From: Dendrobates tinctorius
Lineage: Eukaryota
Direction of reading: 5' to 3'
DNA: 64,000 nt
Assembly (NCBI RefSeq): GCF_039654945.1
Contig: NW_027361870.1
Location: 17,050,001-17,114,000, forward strand
Shown one piece after another: positions 25,445-38,500 of this stretch (the stretch's first letter is position 1; each line of letters opens with the position of its first letter). The notes beneath the pieces were generated by a model that saw only the letters and a program-made list of their open reading frames with translations, did not search any database and was not told where the DNA came from. Position numbers and translations under genes: made by a program.

Positions 25445-28214
25445 TTAATGCCTATGGATTTATAAAAGCTGCTATATTAGTAATGTGTGCAGGTGTCACA
25501 ATACTTGTGTCCATACAGTGTATATGATCATGCCGAGTACAGGACAAATTCTCACCCTCCAAAAGAGAAGAAAAAAAAAAAACGCCAAAGTTTCCATTCC
25601 CTGACAGAACATAGATGACGAAAACAGTAACAGAAATGGATGCACTGAGTAAATCAGACAACTTTAGAACATTTCATGGAATTGCTAACCTTTTGCATGA
25701 ACTGACGGTCATCATCAGCTCATCAGCCGGGAGATCGTTTCACTTGGGAATTACATGCAGCGAGAACATGACATCGATTCTGCCAAATTCCATGAATTCA
25801 CTTTAGTAATGTTCCACAAAAAGGACAATAGTCATTATGAGCGCATGAGAAAGAGTTGTTACTAATTGTCAGACAACTAAAAATAAAATGAATTTTGCAC
25901 AAAAAGGAGAAGTAAACAGTCATGTAAAACTGCAGAATCATTCTGTGTGTACATTTATTAATATTAGCTCAGTCTATGACTCCTAAATCATAAGATCGAC
26001 ATGGTGTCCAAGGAGATGAAAAAGACAATGACTTTTTTTTTTTAAATTTTACCTCTTTTCAGTTATGGTTTTTCTTCCTTATTTATGTTACCTTTAAACG
26101 TGTTGAAAAAATACAGAAAAAAAAAACCAAAGGGGTATAATGAAAAGAAAAAAAAAAAACACAAACAAATCAATGACATGTTAACTGTATTTTGGGTCAG
26201 TACTACAGCTAATTTATACTTTATGGTTTGTTTTTTTTGCAAGCTGCAGTCTTTTTTCGTATCATTTTGAGATAACTTTCTGATCCTGTTCGCAGCTCTT
26301 GGTTCATGGCTCCCCGGCATCGCACTTCTTCGCAGGCGTACCTCTCTGCCCTGATGAGGGCAGAGTAAAGTACTGCAGTGCGCAGGGCCTCTCTGACCTT
26401 TCCCGGCACCTGCAGTACTTTGCTCAGCCCTCAACAGGGTAGAGAAGTACGCCTGCGCAGAAGTGCGATGCCGGGGAGCCATGAACCAAGCAGGAAGGCG
26501 GCATCGCAAAAAGATGCGAGGCGCCGGACCAGGACTTGCGACACCCATCAGACTGGACCGCCCCCCCCTGTGAGTATAATAAAACTTATTTTTCATATCT
26601 TGCAGGTCGGACCAGGGGCTTATCTGCAGCACTATAGAATGCTGCATAACAGCCCTGAAAGGCAGTGGCCGCATCGTTTAGCGGCCAAAACAGTTGCACT
26701 TTAAAATTCAAAAGCGCCCGTCTGCTTTCATTTACATCAGTGATGTAACTTATCGGATTTGGACATTAATGCCATTTTTCTGTTCCAAAAAACAAAAAGT
26801 GAGCGACATCCTCTTCCTGAAAAGTAATTTTTCAAAAATACTTATAATTTTTTTTTTAAAAATGATGATGATTCTGGAGAATCTTTTATTTTTTTCTTTA
26901 GAACTCAACATTGTGCTGTTGCTTTTTTTGCCTCCTAGAAATGTATGAATAAATTGACGGCTCAGCGTGACCAATTTTCAGAGTGTCCCTGCACAGTCTT
27001 ACACTGTTCAACCAGTGCTGGGACTATCAGGGCGCGTGCACACGTTGAGTAGTTTCAATCAATCAAATCAATCAATCGTTTGTGAGTTTTTTACTTCAGT
27101 ATTTATAAGTCAAAACCAGGAGAGGAACAATCAGAGGAAAAGTACAGTTGTGCTCAAAAGTTCACATACCCCGGCAGAATTTTTGCTTTCTTGGCCTTTT
27201 TTTCAGAGAATATGAATGATAACACCAAAACTTTTTCTCCACTCATGGTTAGTGGTTGGCTGAAGCCATTTATTGTAAATGGCTGATCAAAAGTTTACAT
27301 ACCCTGGTGATTTTGGCCTGATAACATGCACAGAAGTTGACACAAATGGGTTCGAATGGCTACTAAAGGTAACATCCTCATCTGTGACCTGTTCGCTTGT
27401 AATCAGTGTCTGTGCATAAAAGCTGATTGAGTTTCTGGGATCCAGACAGACTCTTGCATCTTTCATCCAGCCACTGACGTTTCTGGATTGTAAGTCATGA
27501 GGAAAGCAAAAGAATTGTCAGTGGAACTATGGGAAAAGGTAGTTGAACTGTATAAAACAGGAAAGGGATGCAAAAAGATAGCCAAGGAATTGATAACGGC
27601 AGTCAGCAGCGTTCAAACTGTGATTAACATATGAAAAATCAGGGGCTCTGTAAAATCAAAAACCATGATCAGGTAGACCAACAAATATTTCATCCACAAC
27701 TGCTAGGAAAATTGTTCGGGTACTGGACTCTCTGAAAACTAGCGGTGTGGCTGTTTCAAGATGCACAATAAGGAGACACTTGAAGAAAAATGGGCTGCAT
27801 GGTCAAGTCGCCAGAAGTAAGCCATTACTGAGCAAATGCCACAAAGCATTTCGCCTACAATACGCAAAACAGCACAGAGACAAGCCTCAAAATTTCGGGA
27901 AGAAGGTAATTTGGAGTGATGAAACCAAAATTGAACTTTTTGGCCGCAACCTTAAACGTTACATTTGGAAAGAAGTCAACAAGGCCTAAGATGAAAGGAA
28001 CAACATTCCTACTGTAAAACATAGAGATGGAACGCTGATGTTTTGGGTATCTGAGAGCTACAAAGCCACAGGAAACTTGGTCAAAGTTGAAGGAAAGATG
28101 AATGCAGCACGTTATGAGCAAATACTGGAGTGAATTTGCAATCATCAGCTCAGAAGCTGTGCATGGGACGAACTTGGACTTTTCAACATGACAAGGATCC
28201 AAAACACACGGCCA

Positions 28215-29054
28215 CGACTCCGACTCCTTTATGAAAATGCCAGGAGTTAAATCCTCAGCTTGTACGTTTTTAGTCACGGTAAATAGATGATTAAGCAATT
28301 CCTTCAATTCAGCCACCTGTGTCCATTGACCTTCATTTAAGGTTACCTGAGGGTTCGCCATATCTATAAGAAGCAGTTTTAGCCAGGATCAAAACTGGGG
28401 GGGGGGCAGAACCTCATACTGTTCCGCAGAATCTCATACTGCACACCTCAGCTGCTGCAAAACCTTATACTGCACACCCCTACACTTGAAAATAAAGCCT
28501 GCACCTTAAGATGTGGTGAATGCAGTCTATTTATTCCAACTATCAATTGATCTTGATGTGTTACTGATGACGAGCAATGCCTGTCCTGGGCGTCCTTTTG
28601 GGCAGCTATGAGGTGTACCTGACTGGTGCTAAAAAAAAAAAAAAAAAAAAGAAGTGTTAGTCTGTGTGCTACCCGGCTTTCATTCTTTTTGGTACAGATA
28701 AGATATGGATAGACAGATATGGATAAATGGATAGATGGAGCAGATTTCTAATCTGCTTTTGCTATTGAAAACATTATCTATGAGCTCAAAAACCTTTCAG
28801 GTGATGCGGTTTTTTAAAAAGCTGATCTGCTTTTGCAGCTGAAAAACGTATCCTCAAAAAACGCAGCAAAAACGCTGTGTGTGACTGTAGCCTTCGATCA
28901 GGAATAGAACAGTCATTTATAGGACATTTCATAACTTTCCCAAATTACTATGAAAAAATATTCAGCACATTCTGCATTGAACTACTGTACCCAATTTATT
29001 ATATATTTTATATATTTTAGGAGCTCCAACTCCGACTCCGACTCCACAGCCCTG
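28215..29054 (-). mobile_element. hAT element fragment with a transposase remnant
   Basis: Ends CCGACTCCACAGCCCTG, the same TIR as 57250-57901. The minus-strand peptide [35 protein letters not shown] is hAT-like. CGGCCA is duplicated at both flanks. Confidence 0.75.
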
Positions 29055-29085
29055 CGGCCAAGTCGACCTGTCATTGGCTACAGTA

Positions 29086-30649
29086 CAGTCATGGCCAAAA
29101 GTTTTGAGAATGACACAAATATTATATTTTCACATGATCTGCTGGCCTCTGGTTTTTATGTGTGTTTGTCAGATGTTTTATCACATACAGAAATATAATT
29201 GCAATCATATTATGAGTAACAAAAGGTTATATTGACAGAATGAGTTAATGCAGCAAGTCAATATTTGCAGTGTTGACCCTTCTTCTTCAGGACCTCTGCA
29301 ATTCTCCCTGGCATGCTCTCAATCAACTTCTGGATCAAATCCTGACTGATAGCAGTCCATTCTTGCAAAATCAATGCTTTTATTTTGTCTGAATTTGAAG
29401 GTTTTTGTTTGTCCACCCGTCTCTTGATGATTGACCACAAGTTCTCACTGGGATTAAGATCTGGGGAGTTTCCAGGCCATGGTCCCAAAATCTCTATGCT
29501 TTGTTCCCTGAGCCATTTAGTTATCACCTTTGCTTTATGGCAATGTGCTCCATCATGTTGAAAAAGGCATTGTTGATCGCCAAACTGCTCTTGGACGGTT
29601 GGGAGAAGTTGCTCTCGGAGGACATTCTGGTACCATTCTTTATTCATGGCTGTGTTTTTAGGCAAGACTGAGAGAGAGCCCATTCCCTTGGCTGAGAAGC
29701 AACCCCACACATGAATGGTTTCAGGATGCTTGACAGTTGGCATGAGACAAGACTGGTGGTAGCGCTCACCTCGTCTTCTCCGAATAAGCCGTTTTCCAGA
29801 TGTCCCAAACAATCGAAAAGGGGATTCATCAGAGAAAATGACTTTACCCCAGTCCTCAGCCGTCCACTCCCTGTACCTCTTGCAGAATATCAGTCTGTCC
29901 ATGATGTTTTTTCTGGAGAGAAGTGGCTTCTTTGCTGCCCTCCTTGAGACCAGGCCTTGCTCCAAGAGTCTCCGCCTCACAGTGCGCGTGCAGATGCACT
30001 CACACCTGCCTGCTGCCATTCCTGAGCAAGCTCTGCACTGCTGGTAGCCCGATCCCGCAGCTGAAACACTTTTAAGAGACGGTCCTGGCGCTTGCTGGTC
30101 TTTCTTGGGCGCCCTGGAGCCTTTTTGGCAACAAGGGAACCTCTCTCCTTGAAGTTCTTGATGATGCGATAGATTGTTGACTGAGGTGCAATCTTTCTAG
30201 CTGCGATACTCTTCCCTGTTAGGCCATTTTTGTGCAGTGCAATGATGACTGCACGTGTTTCTTTAGAGATAACCATGGTTAACAGAAGAGAAACAATGAT
30301 GCCAAGCACCAGCCTCCTTTTAAAGTGTCCAGTGGTGTCATTCTTACTTAATCATGACAGATTGATCTCCAGCCCTGTCCTCATCAACACCCACACCTGT
30401 GTTAATGGAGCAATCACTGAAAAGATGTTAGCTGGTCCTTTTAAGGCAGGGCTGCAATGATGTTGAAATGTGTTTTGGGGGATAAAGTTAATTTTCTAGG
30501 CAAATATTGACTTTGCAAGTAATTGCTGTTAAGCTGATCACTCTTTATAACATTCTGGAGTATATGCAAATTGCCATTAGAAAAAACGAAGCAGTAGACT
30601 TTGTAAAAATTAATATTTGTGTCATTCTCAAAACTTTTGGCCAAGACTG
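29086..30649 (-). mobile_element. Full-length Tc1/mariner transposon with DD35E spacing (Traveler-like)
   Basis: TA|CAGTCATGGCCAAAAGTTTTGAGAATGACACAAATATTA ... TAATATTTGTGTCATTCTCAAAACTTTTGGCCAAGACTG|TA; 1564 bp. Confidence 0.93.
29258..30276 (-). pseudogene. DD35E transposase with a single frameshift
   Basis: MVISKETRAVIIALHKNG...ELAQEWQQAGVSASAR joins TVRRRLL...FSDES...QHDGAHCH...SPDLNPSENLW...KKKGQHCKY* if an extra GC near 29984-29988 is removed, giving 338 aa. There are 35 residues between the second D and the E. Confidence 0.88.
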
Positions 30650-31863
30650 TAGAACAAAGTGAAGGTTCTGGAGTGGCCATCTCAGTCTCCTGACCTCAAT
30701 ATCATTGAGCCACTCTGGGAGATCTCAAGTGTGCAGTTCATGCTAGACAGCCCAGGAATTTACAGGAACTGGAGGGTTTTTGCCAAGAAGAGTGGGCAGC
30801 TTTACTATCTGAGAAAATAAAGAACCATATCCACAACTAGCACAAAAGACTTCAAGCTATCATTGATGATAGTGGGGGGCAATACACGGTATTAAGAAAT
30901 GGGGTATGTGAACTTTTGATCAGGGACATTTGGATGTTTTAGGTTGTCATTATGATTTAAAAAGTGAAAACACAGTAGTTTGACAATAAATGGCTTCACC
31001 CAACCACTAACCATGAGTGGAGAAAAAGATTTGGTGTTATCATTCATATTCTCTGAAAAAAGGCCAAGAAAGCAAAAATTCTGCCGGGGTATGTAAACTT
31101 TTTAGCACAACTGTATAATAGAAACACGTCACCACTTCTGTATTCATCAACCAGACCTGTTTTTGGATTACCATTACTGCGGTAAAAAACTCAAATACTG
31201 ATGAGGTTAGATGTTTTTCCACTAGTAGATGATATTATATCCCCTGGATTTTTCGGGGCCCCCTCCCCAGTGACTTGCTGGCACACTGACACATTACAGG
31301 ACACAATGGATCGGCGCGGTGCACAAGAGCCTCATTTATGAAGCCAAAGTCATTCACTGTTTACAGGCCCTTGTAAACCATGCCTTATAAAAACATGCTT
31401 AATTTGCTTGGAAATGCCCTGGAACGGACAGCAGTCACAGAGATCCTGAGTGTTTAGGCCTCGCAGTAAGAGGAGGAGAACGGTTATAGGGTCTGTATGT
31501 CCCCGGCTGTACGGTGGTTACAGTCCGTGCAGGTTATTCACCACAGGAGCGTGACAAAGTACAATCAGTCATACATGAATAAAGACCACAATAAAGGACG
31601 TTTCCCCGCTCCTCCTCTCTGAAATAAAGAAGTGGCCTTCCATCCTCATGCACACCGGTTATATAGACTGGTAGTTTGGCACCCTATAGAAGTCTATGGG
31701 TTCATACTGTCCCTGTGATTTCATACATAGGCATTCAGATATTAATTCTCATGGATGCAGAAATTGCATTGTTTTCCAGGAGAGTAAAACTTTATTTTCC
31801 TACATTATTAATTCTCAAGCTGCAAGAAAAGAAAACAAAATAACCGTGTTCTCCTCTTATTAT

Positions 31864-32410
31864 TCAAGAAGTATAATTTCTTCTTGCGGAGAATGATATG
31901 CTATGCATGTCGAGATGAGGAGACTTAAAGCCGCAATGCCCCTTTGGGAAATATGCCAATTATGCAAATTGTCTCTTCAGAGAGGAAGAGGACTAGAACT
32001 CTAGTGCCACCTATTGGAAGTAGCAATCCTAAAAGTCACTGTTGACCCTTTAACGAGCCTTGTCACATGACTTAGGAAACAAGCCAAGCCAGAATCTGAA
32101 GAGACAATTTGCATAATTAGCATATTTCCCATATTGCGGCTTTAAGTCTCCTCATCTCGACATGCTTAGCATATCATTCTCCGCAAGGAGAAATGATACT
32201 TCTTGGACATCGGTCAGATGCCTCTCACAGCCAAACCAGATCTCACACTTTGCACTGACGAGGAGCAGTACCCCGAAACACAGTGTCTGCAAATTGAGAT
32301 TCTGGCTTGGCTTTTATCCTAAGTCATGTGACAAGGCTCGTTAAAGGGTCGACATTGACTTTTAGGATTGCTGCTTCCAATAGGTGGCACTAGAGTTCTA
32401 GTCCTCTTCC
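31864..32410 (+). mobile_element. Penelope-like non-autonomous fold-back retroelement with a hammerhead ribozyme
   Basis: 14-bp TSD TCTCCTCTTATTAT at 31850-31863 and 32411-32424. The left half is an inverted copy of two blocks of the right half. Confidence 0.8.
32240..32300 (+). ncRNA. Minimal type I hammerhead ribozyme
   Basis: TTTGCA-CTGACGA-GGAGCAGTACCCC-GAAA-CACAGTG-TC-TGCAAA: stem I, CUGAnGA core, stem II with one mismatch, GAAA, palindromic stem III, and GUC site (cleavage after 32287). Confidence 0.8.
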
Positions 32411-32545
32411 TCTCCTCTTATTATGTTATAATAGATTACACTAGAAAAAAAAAAAGCATAGTGGTTGTGACAGTACACAGAGGAAACCCCGCCAGAACAA
32501 CGACATTTACTGCGGTATGCTGATCCAGTGAGATGAGAAAAGAGA

Positions 32546-33538
32546 GACACCACAGTGCCCCCGGCCACACGGCCGAGCCAGACACCACAGTGCCCCCGGC
32601 CACACGGCCGAGCCAGACACCACAGTGCCCCCGGCCACACGGCCGAGCCAGACACCACAGTGCCCCCGGCCACACGGCCGAGCCAGACACCACAGTGCAC
32701 CTGGCAACTCGGCTGTGCCAGACACCACAGTGCCCCCGGCCACACGGCCGAGCCAGACACCACAGTGCCCCCGGCCACACGGCCGAGCCAGACACCACAG
32801 TGCCCCCGGCCACACGGCCGAGCCAGACACCACAGTGCCCCCGGCCACACGGCCGAGCCAGACACCACAGTGCCCCCGGCCACACGGCCGAGCCAGACAC
32901 CACAGTGCACCTGGCAACTCGGCTGTGCCAGACACCTCAGTGCCCACAGCGACTAATCCGAGCCAGACACCACAGTGCCCCCGGCGACACGGCCGAGCCA
33001 GCCACCACAGTGCCCCCGGCCACACGGCCGAGCCAGACACCACAGTGCCCCCGGCCACACGGCCGAGCCAGACACCACAGTGCCCCCGGCCACACGGTCG
33101 AGCCAGACACCACAGTGCACCTGGCAACTCGGCTGTGCCAGACACCTCAGTGCCCACAGCGACTAATCCGAGCCAGACACCACAGTGCCCCCGGCGACAC
33201 GGCCGAGCCAGCCACCACAGTGCCCCCGGCCACACGGCCGAGCCAGACACCACAGTGCCCCCGGCCACACGGCCGAGCCAGACACCACAGTGCCCCCGGC
33301 CACACGGCCGAGCCAGACACCACAGTGCACCTGGCAACTCGGCTGTGCCAGACACCTCAGTGCCCACAGCGACTAATCCGAGCCAGACACCACAGTGCCC
33401 CCGGCGACACGGCCGAGCCAGCCACCACAGTGCCCCCCGGCTACTTGGCTGAGCCAGCCACCACAGTGCCCCCCGGCTACTTGGCTGAGCCAGACACCAC
33501 AGTGCCCCCGGCAACTCAGCCATGCCAGGCACCACAGT
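32546..33538. repeat. GC-rich minisatellite, 35-bp unit GACACCACAGTGCCCCCGGCCACACGGCCGAGCCA, with a 210-bp higher-order period
   Basis: The variant unit GTGCACCTGGCAACTCGGCTGTGCCA recurs every 210 bp, four times. Confidence 0.97.
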
Positions 33539-35516
33539 ATAAGGAGTAGTAGTAATAGTAACTGCAGCACAGATGCCACTCTTGGTCCATGGATCCCACC
33601 TTGACTTGGTGAATAATGATGCACCCCTGTGATGATCCATTTTCTCAGGGTAAAAGTCCAACTTTATTGACAAAATACAGTTAAAAAAAAAAAAAAAAAA
33701 GAGAATACACAGAAGAATACATCTGATCCTTACCAGGGTATCCAGATTATACTCTACTTCCAATGCGTATGGCCAGCTTAGGAACTTTTATATATCAGTA
33801 GGGAAACTTACAGGGGCTGATACAGGGGGAGCAGAAAAAAAAACTGCTCTGCTTTCAGGAAGCCTGAGGAATAAAGGTATGGGGGTGGTTGTACGTTCTT
33901 TTTGCCATCCCAACCCGCCAGTACACAAGCATGCTCAAATTGGCCAAGTGTGCGTGTATTTAAAATGGAGACAAGGGAAAAGTGATCGAAAGAAACTTCT
34001 GATTGAGGCTTAAAGGATAAGGCATGTCGACAATCAAGATGTCCAATCCTTCTTTCTCTCAACATCTGGGAGAGTGCGGACACCTCATACACATCAGCTT
34101 ACCGCTCCATCTGATATTGTCACGTTCAGCCAATGCTCATCTAATACATCCGGCCTCCTTTAGCCTGTCTGGAAAACATACCAATATCCTACAGACATGA
34201 GTATTCTGATCTGCGAGTCTCCTGCCATGGCTCCGACATCACACATAAGAGATAATGGGATTGCCATTGTCTGCTGGGGAAACATGGGACCCACTACACC
34301 CAGATCACAAGATCACATAGCGAATGCGGCCGTGCTACTGCACATGACGCAACCGCAGCACGACAGTGGTGGAAAATCCAAACCTGCTGGGAAAGTCAAC
34401 AGATAGCAACATGAAACATGTGTGACTGCAAGTTAGCGGCTATTTTTTTTTTTTTTTTTTTTTTTTAGTACGTATTGCAAATCTTAAAAATCACTCATCA
34501 TCGCCAAATTACACGTTAAAATAATTCGGCAACTTTACTGCAAGTTGCCAGGAGGCCTTTCCAAGAGATATTAGGTCAGGATAACCCAATAGCTTCTTCT
34601 GGTGTAAGGATGCGGCTATTCTATAACCTGAGTGCTGGCAAAGGAGGCGCCGAAATATAGATAAACACTGCCATCTAGTGGCTGGCGGCTCACTACAGGT
34701 CAAATCTCTGATAAGCCAAAAACAGCACTGTCCTAGTGTAGTGTTCCTCCAGTGACTGGTTTGGGGACGTCGCCATATTCAGATGATCGCAGCGATCGCC
34801 AAAAGCGACACACGAGTATCGCTAATATGGAGCGAGGCGGCACAAAACAGAAATGAGGAGCAGAATTGGGGGGCATAGGAATTAGTACAATGTATAGAAT
34901 GCAATTATTTTGAGCAAATGGTGTAAATCCTCTAAAATTTTTATCTAAAAAAAAAAAAAAAAGGCTCCCTGCAAAAAAAAATCAACCAGAATAAAAAAAA
35001 GTAGGGGCTCTCATTATGTATTGAAACACAAATTAATATTTTTTTTTAAAACATGTTTTTTTGTGCCAAAGTGGCGAACTTAAAAAAACCAAAAAAACAT
35101 CCACATGTTTGTACAGACTCATGGGATAATGTGAACTTGCCGTTTGATGGGGAAATCGAAATATCAATGATTGAATGCAGAACATTATGCGGCAAATGTG
35201 TTATGCCATGTCCTGCATGTTCATAGATTTCACACCATCGCTGAGGGCGTGCAGATTTATGCAGCTTGTGACATCAATCTCAGCAAGTACATTGGAATGG
35301 CTTAGAGGATTTAGGCTCCTGTTATTTCTATTAGGAAAAAAAACCTCCCAATCAATTCTCCCCACTTTTCTTCAAGTGCTGCCCGGATCTCCATGCTTCA
35401 TTTTCCGTTTAGATACACATGTGGCTGTAGTAGCCATTCACTGGCTGTAATAATCTCCTATTTCTCACTTCTGTGGGCAGCAATTGGCTGCTGTAGTCAC
35501 ATGTCCAGAAAAGTCC

Positions 35517-38500
35517 AGCAGGGACCCGAGCAGCAGCGCTGGAACAGGAGCAGCGGGGACGCGAGCAGCAGCGCTGGAACAGGAGCAGCGGGGACCCGAG
35601 CAGCAGCGCTGGAACAGGAGCAGCGGGGACCCGAGCAGCAGCAGCGGGGACCCGAGCAGCAGCGCTGGAACCGGAGCAGCGGGGACCCGAGCAGCAGCGC
35701 TGGAACCGGAGCAGCGGGGACCCGAGCAGCAGCGCTGGAACAGGAGCAGCGGGGACCCGAGCAGCAGCGCTGGAACAGGAGCAGTGGGGACCCGAGCAGC
35801 AGCGCTGGAACAGGAGCAGCGGGGACCCGAGCAGCAGCGCTGGAACAGGAGCAGCGGGGACCCGAGCAGCAGCGCTGGAACAGGAGCAGCGGGGACCCGA
35901 GCAGCAGCGCTGGAACAGGAGCAGCGGGGACCCGAGCAGCAGCTGTTGTGAGTTCATTCTCTGGTTCACCAGTTGTGAGTTCTCCTTCCAGACTCCCTCT
36001 GGTGGTAACAGGAGGTAGAGAGGCTGATTTGATTGGTGGAGATCTGCCACCTGAGAATGACGATTAGATCTCAGGAGTCTCAGATTGGATTTAAGACAGC
36101 CGACGCCCTATTCAGTTGCTGGTCATTACTTCTGGCTTGTCAGCTCTTGGTTTTCAGCTCTGTTCCAGTCATCTAAAGCTAAGTTTTTCTGCTAATGTGC
36201 ACACTTGATTTTGTTGGTCTATTCAGTTTTTTGGTGTGGTCAGCCATCCCCTGCTGGGGGCTGTGCTGAATTTCCACTCTTATTTATCAGTATTTTGCCA
36301 ATTGGCTTTTTGTCCCTTACTAGTTCGGTCTCTTTTTGCTCTGTCTCAGAATATTTCAGTGTGCTGATATAGTGGGAGAAGTCTAGTGACTTCAGGGTTA
36401 ATTTTGCTATCAGAAGTGTTGGACATGATTTTTGTAGGTTTTTTTGCAGGTTGCAGACAGTGTTTCTCCTTTCCTTTCCTGTCTAGTTAGTTTGGGCCCC
36501 ATCGTTTGCTCAGCCTATTTTCCTGCCTGTGTTTGTGCCTTCATCTTGTTTCACCGTCAATACATGTGTGGGGGCTATATATTCCTCTGGGGCCTGCTCT
36601 GGGGCAGTTAGTTCTCCCTTTTCTTGCTTTAGGCTTATTTAGTCCTCCGGCCGTGACGAGGCGTTTAGGAACATCGCAGGCACGCTCCACGGCTACTGCT
36701 AGTTGTGTGGTAAGATCAGGGATCTGCAATCTGCATAGTTACCAACCTCTCTGGTTTTCTGTGACTTAGCTTGTTTTGTTTTTTTCTCCTCGGTGACCCA
36801 TTCATAACAAGCAGCGCTGGAAGAGGAGCAGCGGGGACCCGAGCAGCAGCGCTGGAAGAGGAGCAGCGGGGACCCGAGCAGCAGCGCTGGAAGAGGAGCA
36901 GCGGGGACCCGAGCAGCAGCGCTGGAAGAGGAGCAGCGGGGACCCGAGCAGCAGCGCTGGAAGAGGAGCAGCGGGGACCCGAGCAGCAGCGCTGGAAGAG
37001 GAGCAGCGGGGACCCGAGCAGCGCTGGAACAGGAGCAGCGGGGACCCGAGCAGCGCTGGAACAGGAGCAGCGGGGACCTGAGCAGCGCTGGAACAGGAGC
37101 AGCGGGGACCTGAGCAGCGCTGGAACAGGAGCAGCGGGGACCTGAGCAGCGCTGGAACAGGAGCAGCGGGGACCTGAGCAGCGCTGGAACAGGAGCAGCG
37201 GGGACCTGAGCAGCGCTGGAACAGGAGCAGCGGGGACCTGAGCAGCGCTGGAACAGGAGCAGCGGGGACCTGAGCAGCGCTGGAACAGGAGCAGCGCTGG
37301 AACAGGAGCAGCGGGGACCTGAGCAGCGCTGGAACAGGAGCAGCGGGGACCTGAGCAGCGCTGGAACAGGAGCAGCGGGGACCTGAGCAGCGCTGGAACA
37401 GGAGCAGCGGGGACCTGAGCAGCGCTGGAACAGGAGCAGCGGGGACCTGAGCAGCGCTGGAACAGGAGCAGCGGGGACCTGAGCAGCGCTGGAACAGGAG
37501 CAGCGGGGACCTGAGCAGCGCTGGAACAGGAGCAGCGGGGACCTGAGCAGCGCTGGAACAGGAGCAGCGGGGACCTGAGCAGCGCTGGAACAGGAGCAGT
37601 GGGGACCTGAGCAGCGCTGGAACAGGGGCAGCGGGGACCTGAGCAGCGCTGGAACAGGAGCTGCGGGGACCTGAGCAGCGCTGGAACAGGAGCAGCGGGG
37701 ACCTGAGCAGCGCTGGAACAGGGGCAGCGGGGACCTGAGCAGCGCTGGAACAGGGGCAGCGGGGACCTGAGCAGCGCTGGAACAGGAGCTGCGGGGACCT
37801 GAGCAGCGCTGGAACAGGAGCAGCGGGGACCTGAGCAGCGCTGGAACAGGAGCAGCGGGGACCTGAGCAGCGCTGGAACAGGAGCAGCGGGGACCTGAGC
37901 AGCGCTGGAACAGGAGCAGCGGGGACCTGAGCAGCGCTGGAACAGGAGCAGCGGGGACCTGAGCAGCGCTGGAACAGGAGCAGCGGGGACCTGAGCAGCG
38001 CTGGAACAGGAGCAGCGGGGACCTGAGCAGCGCTGGAACAGGAGCAGCGGGGACCTGAGCAGCGCTGGAACAGGAGCAGCGGGGACCTGAGCAGCGCTGG
38101 AACAGGAGCAGCGGGGACCTGAGCAGCGCTGGAACAGGAGCAGCGGGGACCTGAGCAGCGCTGGAACAGGAGCAGCGGGGACCTGAGCAGCGCTGGAACA
38201 GGAGCAGCGGGGACCTGAGCAGCGCTGGAACAGGAGCAGCGGGGACCTGAGCAGCGCTGGAACAGGAGCAGCGGGGACCTGAGCAGCGCTGGAACAGGGG
38301 CAGCGGGGACCTGAGCAGCGCTGGAACAGGAGCTGCGGGGACCTGAGCAGCGCTGGAACAGGAGCAGCGGGGACCTGAGCAGCGCTGGAACAGGAGCAGC
38401 GGGGACCTGAGCAGCGCTGGAACAGGAGCAGCGGGGACCTGAGCAGCGGGGACCTGAGCAGCGGGGACCTGAGCAGCGCTGGAACAGGAGCAGCGGGGAC

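Larger units (their letters stand above)
27145..31113 (+). mobile_element. Tc1-like element with long inverted ends and a decayed transposase; hosts two nested transposons
   Basis: TA|CAGTTGTGCTCAAAAGTTCACATACCCCGGCAGAATTTTTGC ... GCAAAAATTCTGCCGGGGTATGTAAACTTTTTAGCACAACTG|TA. Encodes KVIWSDETKIELFG; the coding sequence resumes at 30652. Confidence 0.9.

Noticed and set aside
26298-26490. CTGATGAG inside an inverted repeat as a third hammerhead
   Set aside because: No GAAA, stem III or cleavage triplet; it is the internal palindrome of a MITE.
32398-33763. ORFs of 275-418 aa on both strands
   Set aside because: By-products of the 35-bp minisatellite.
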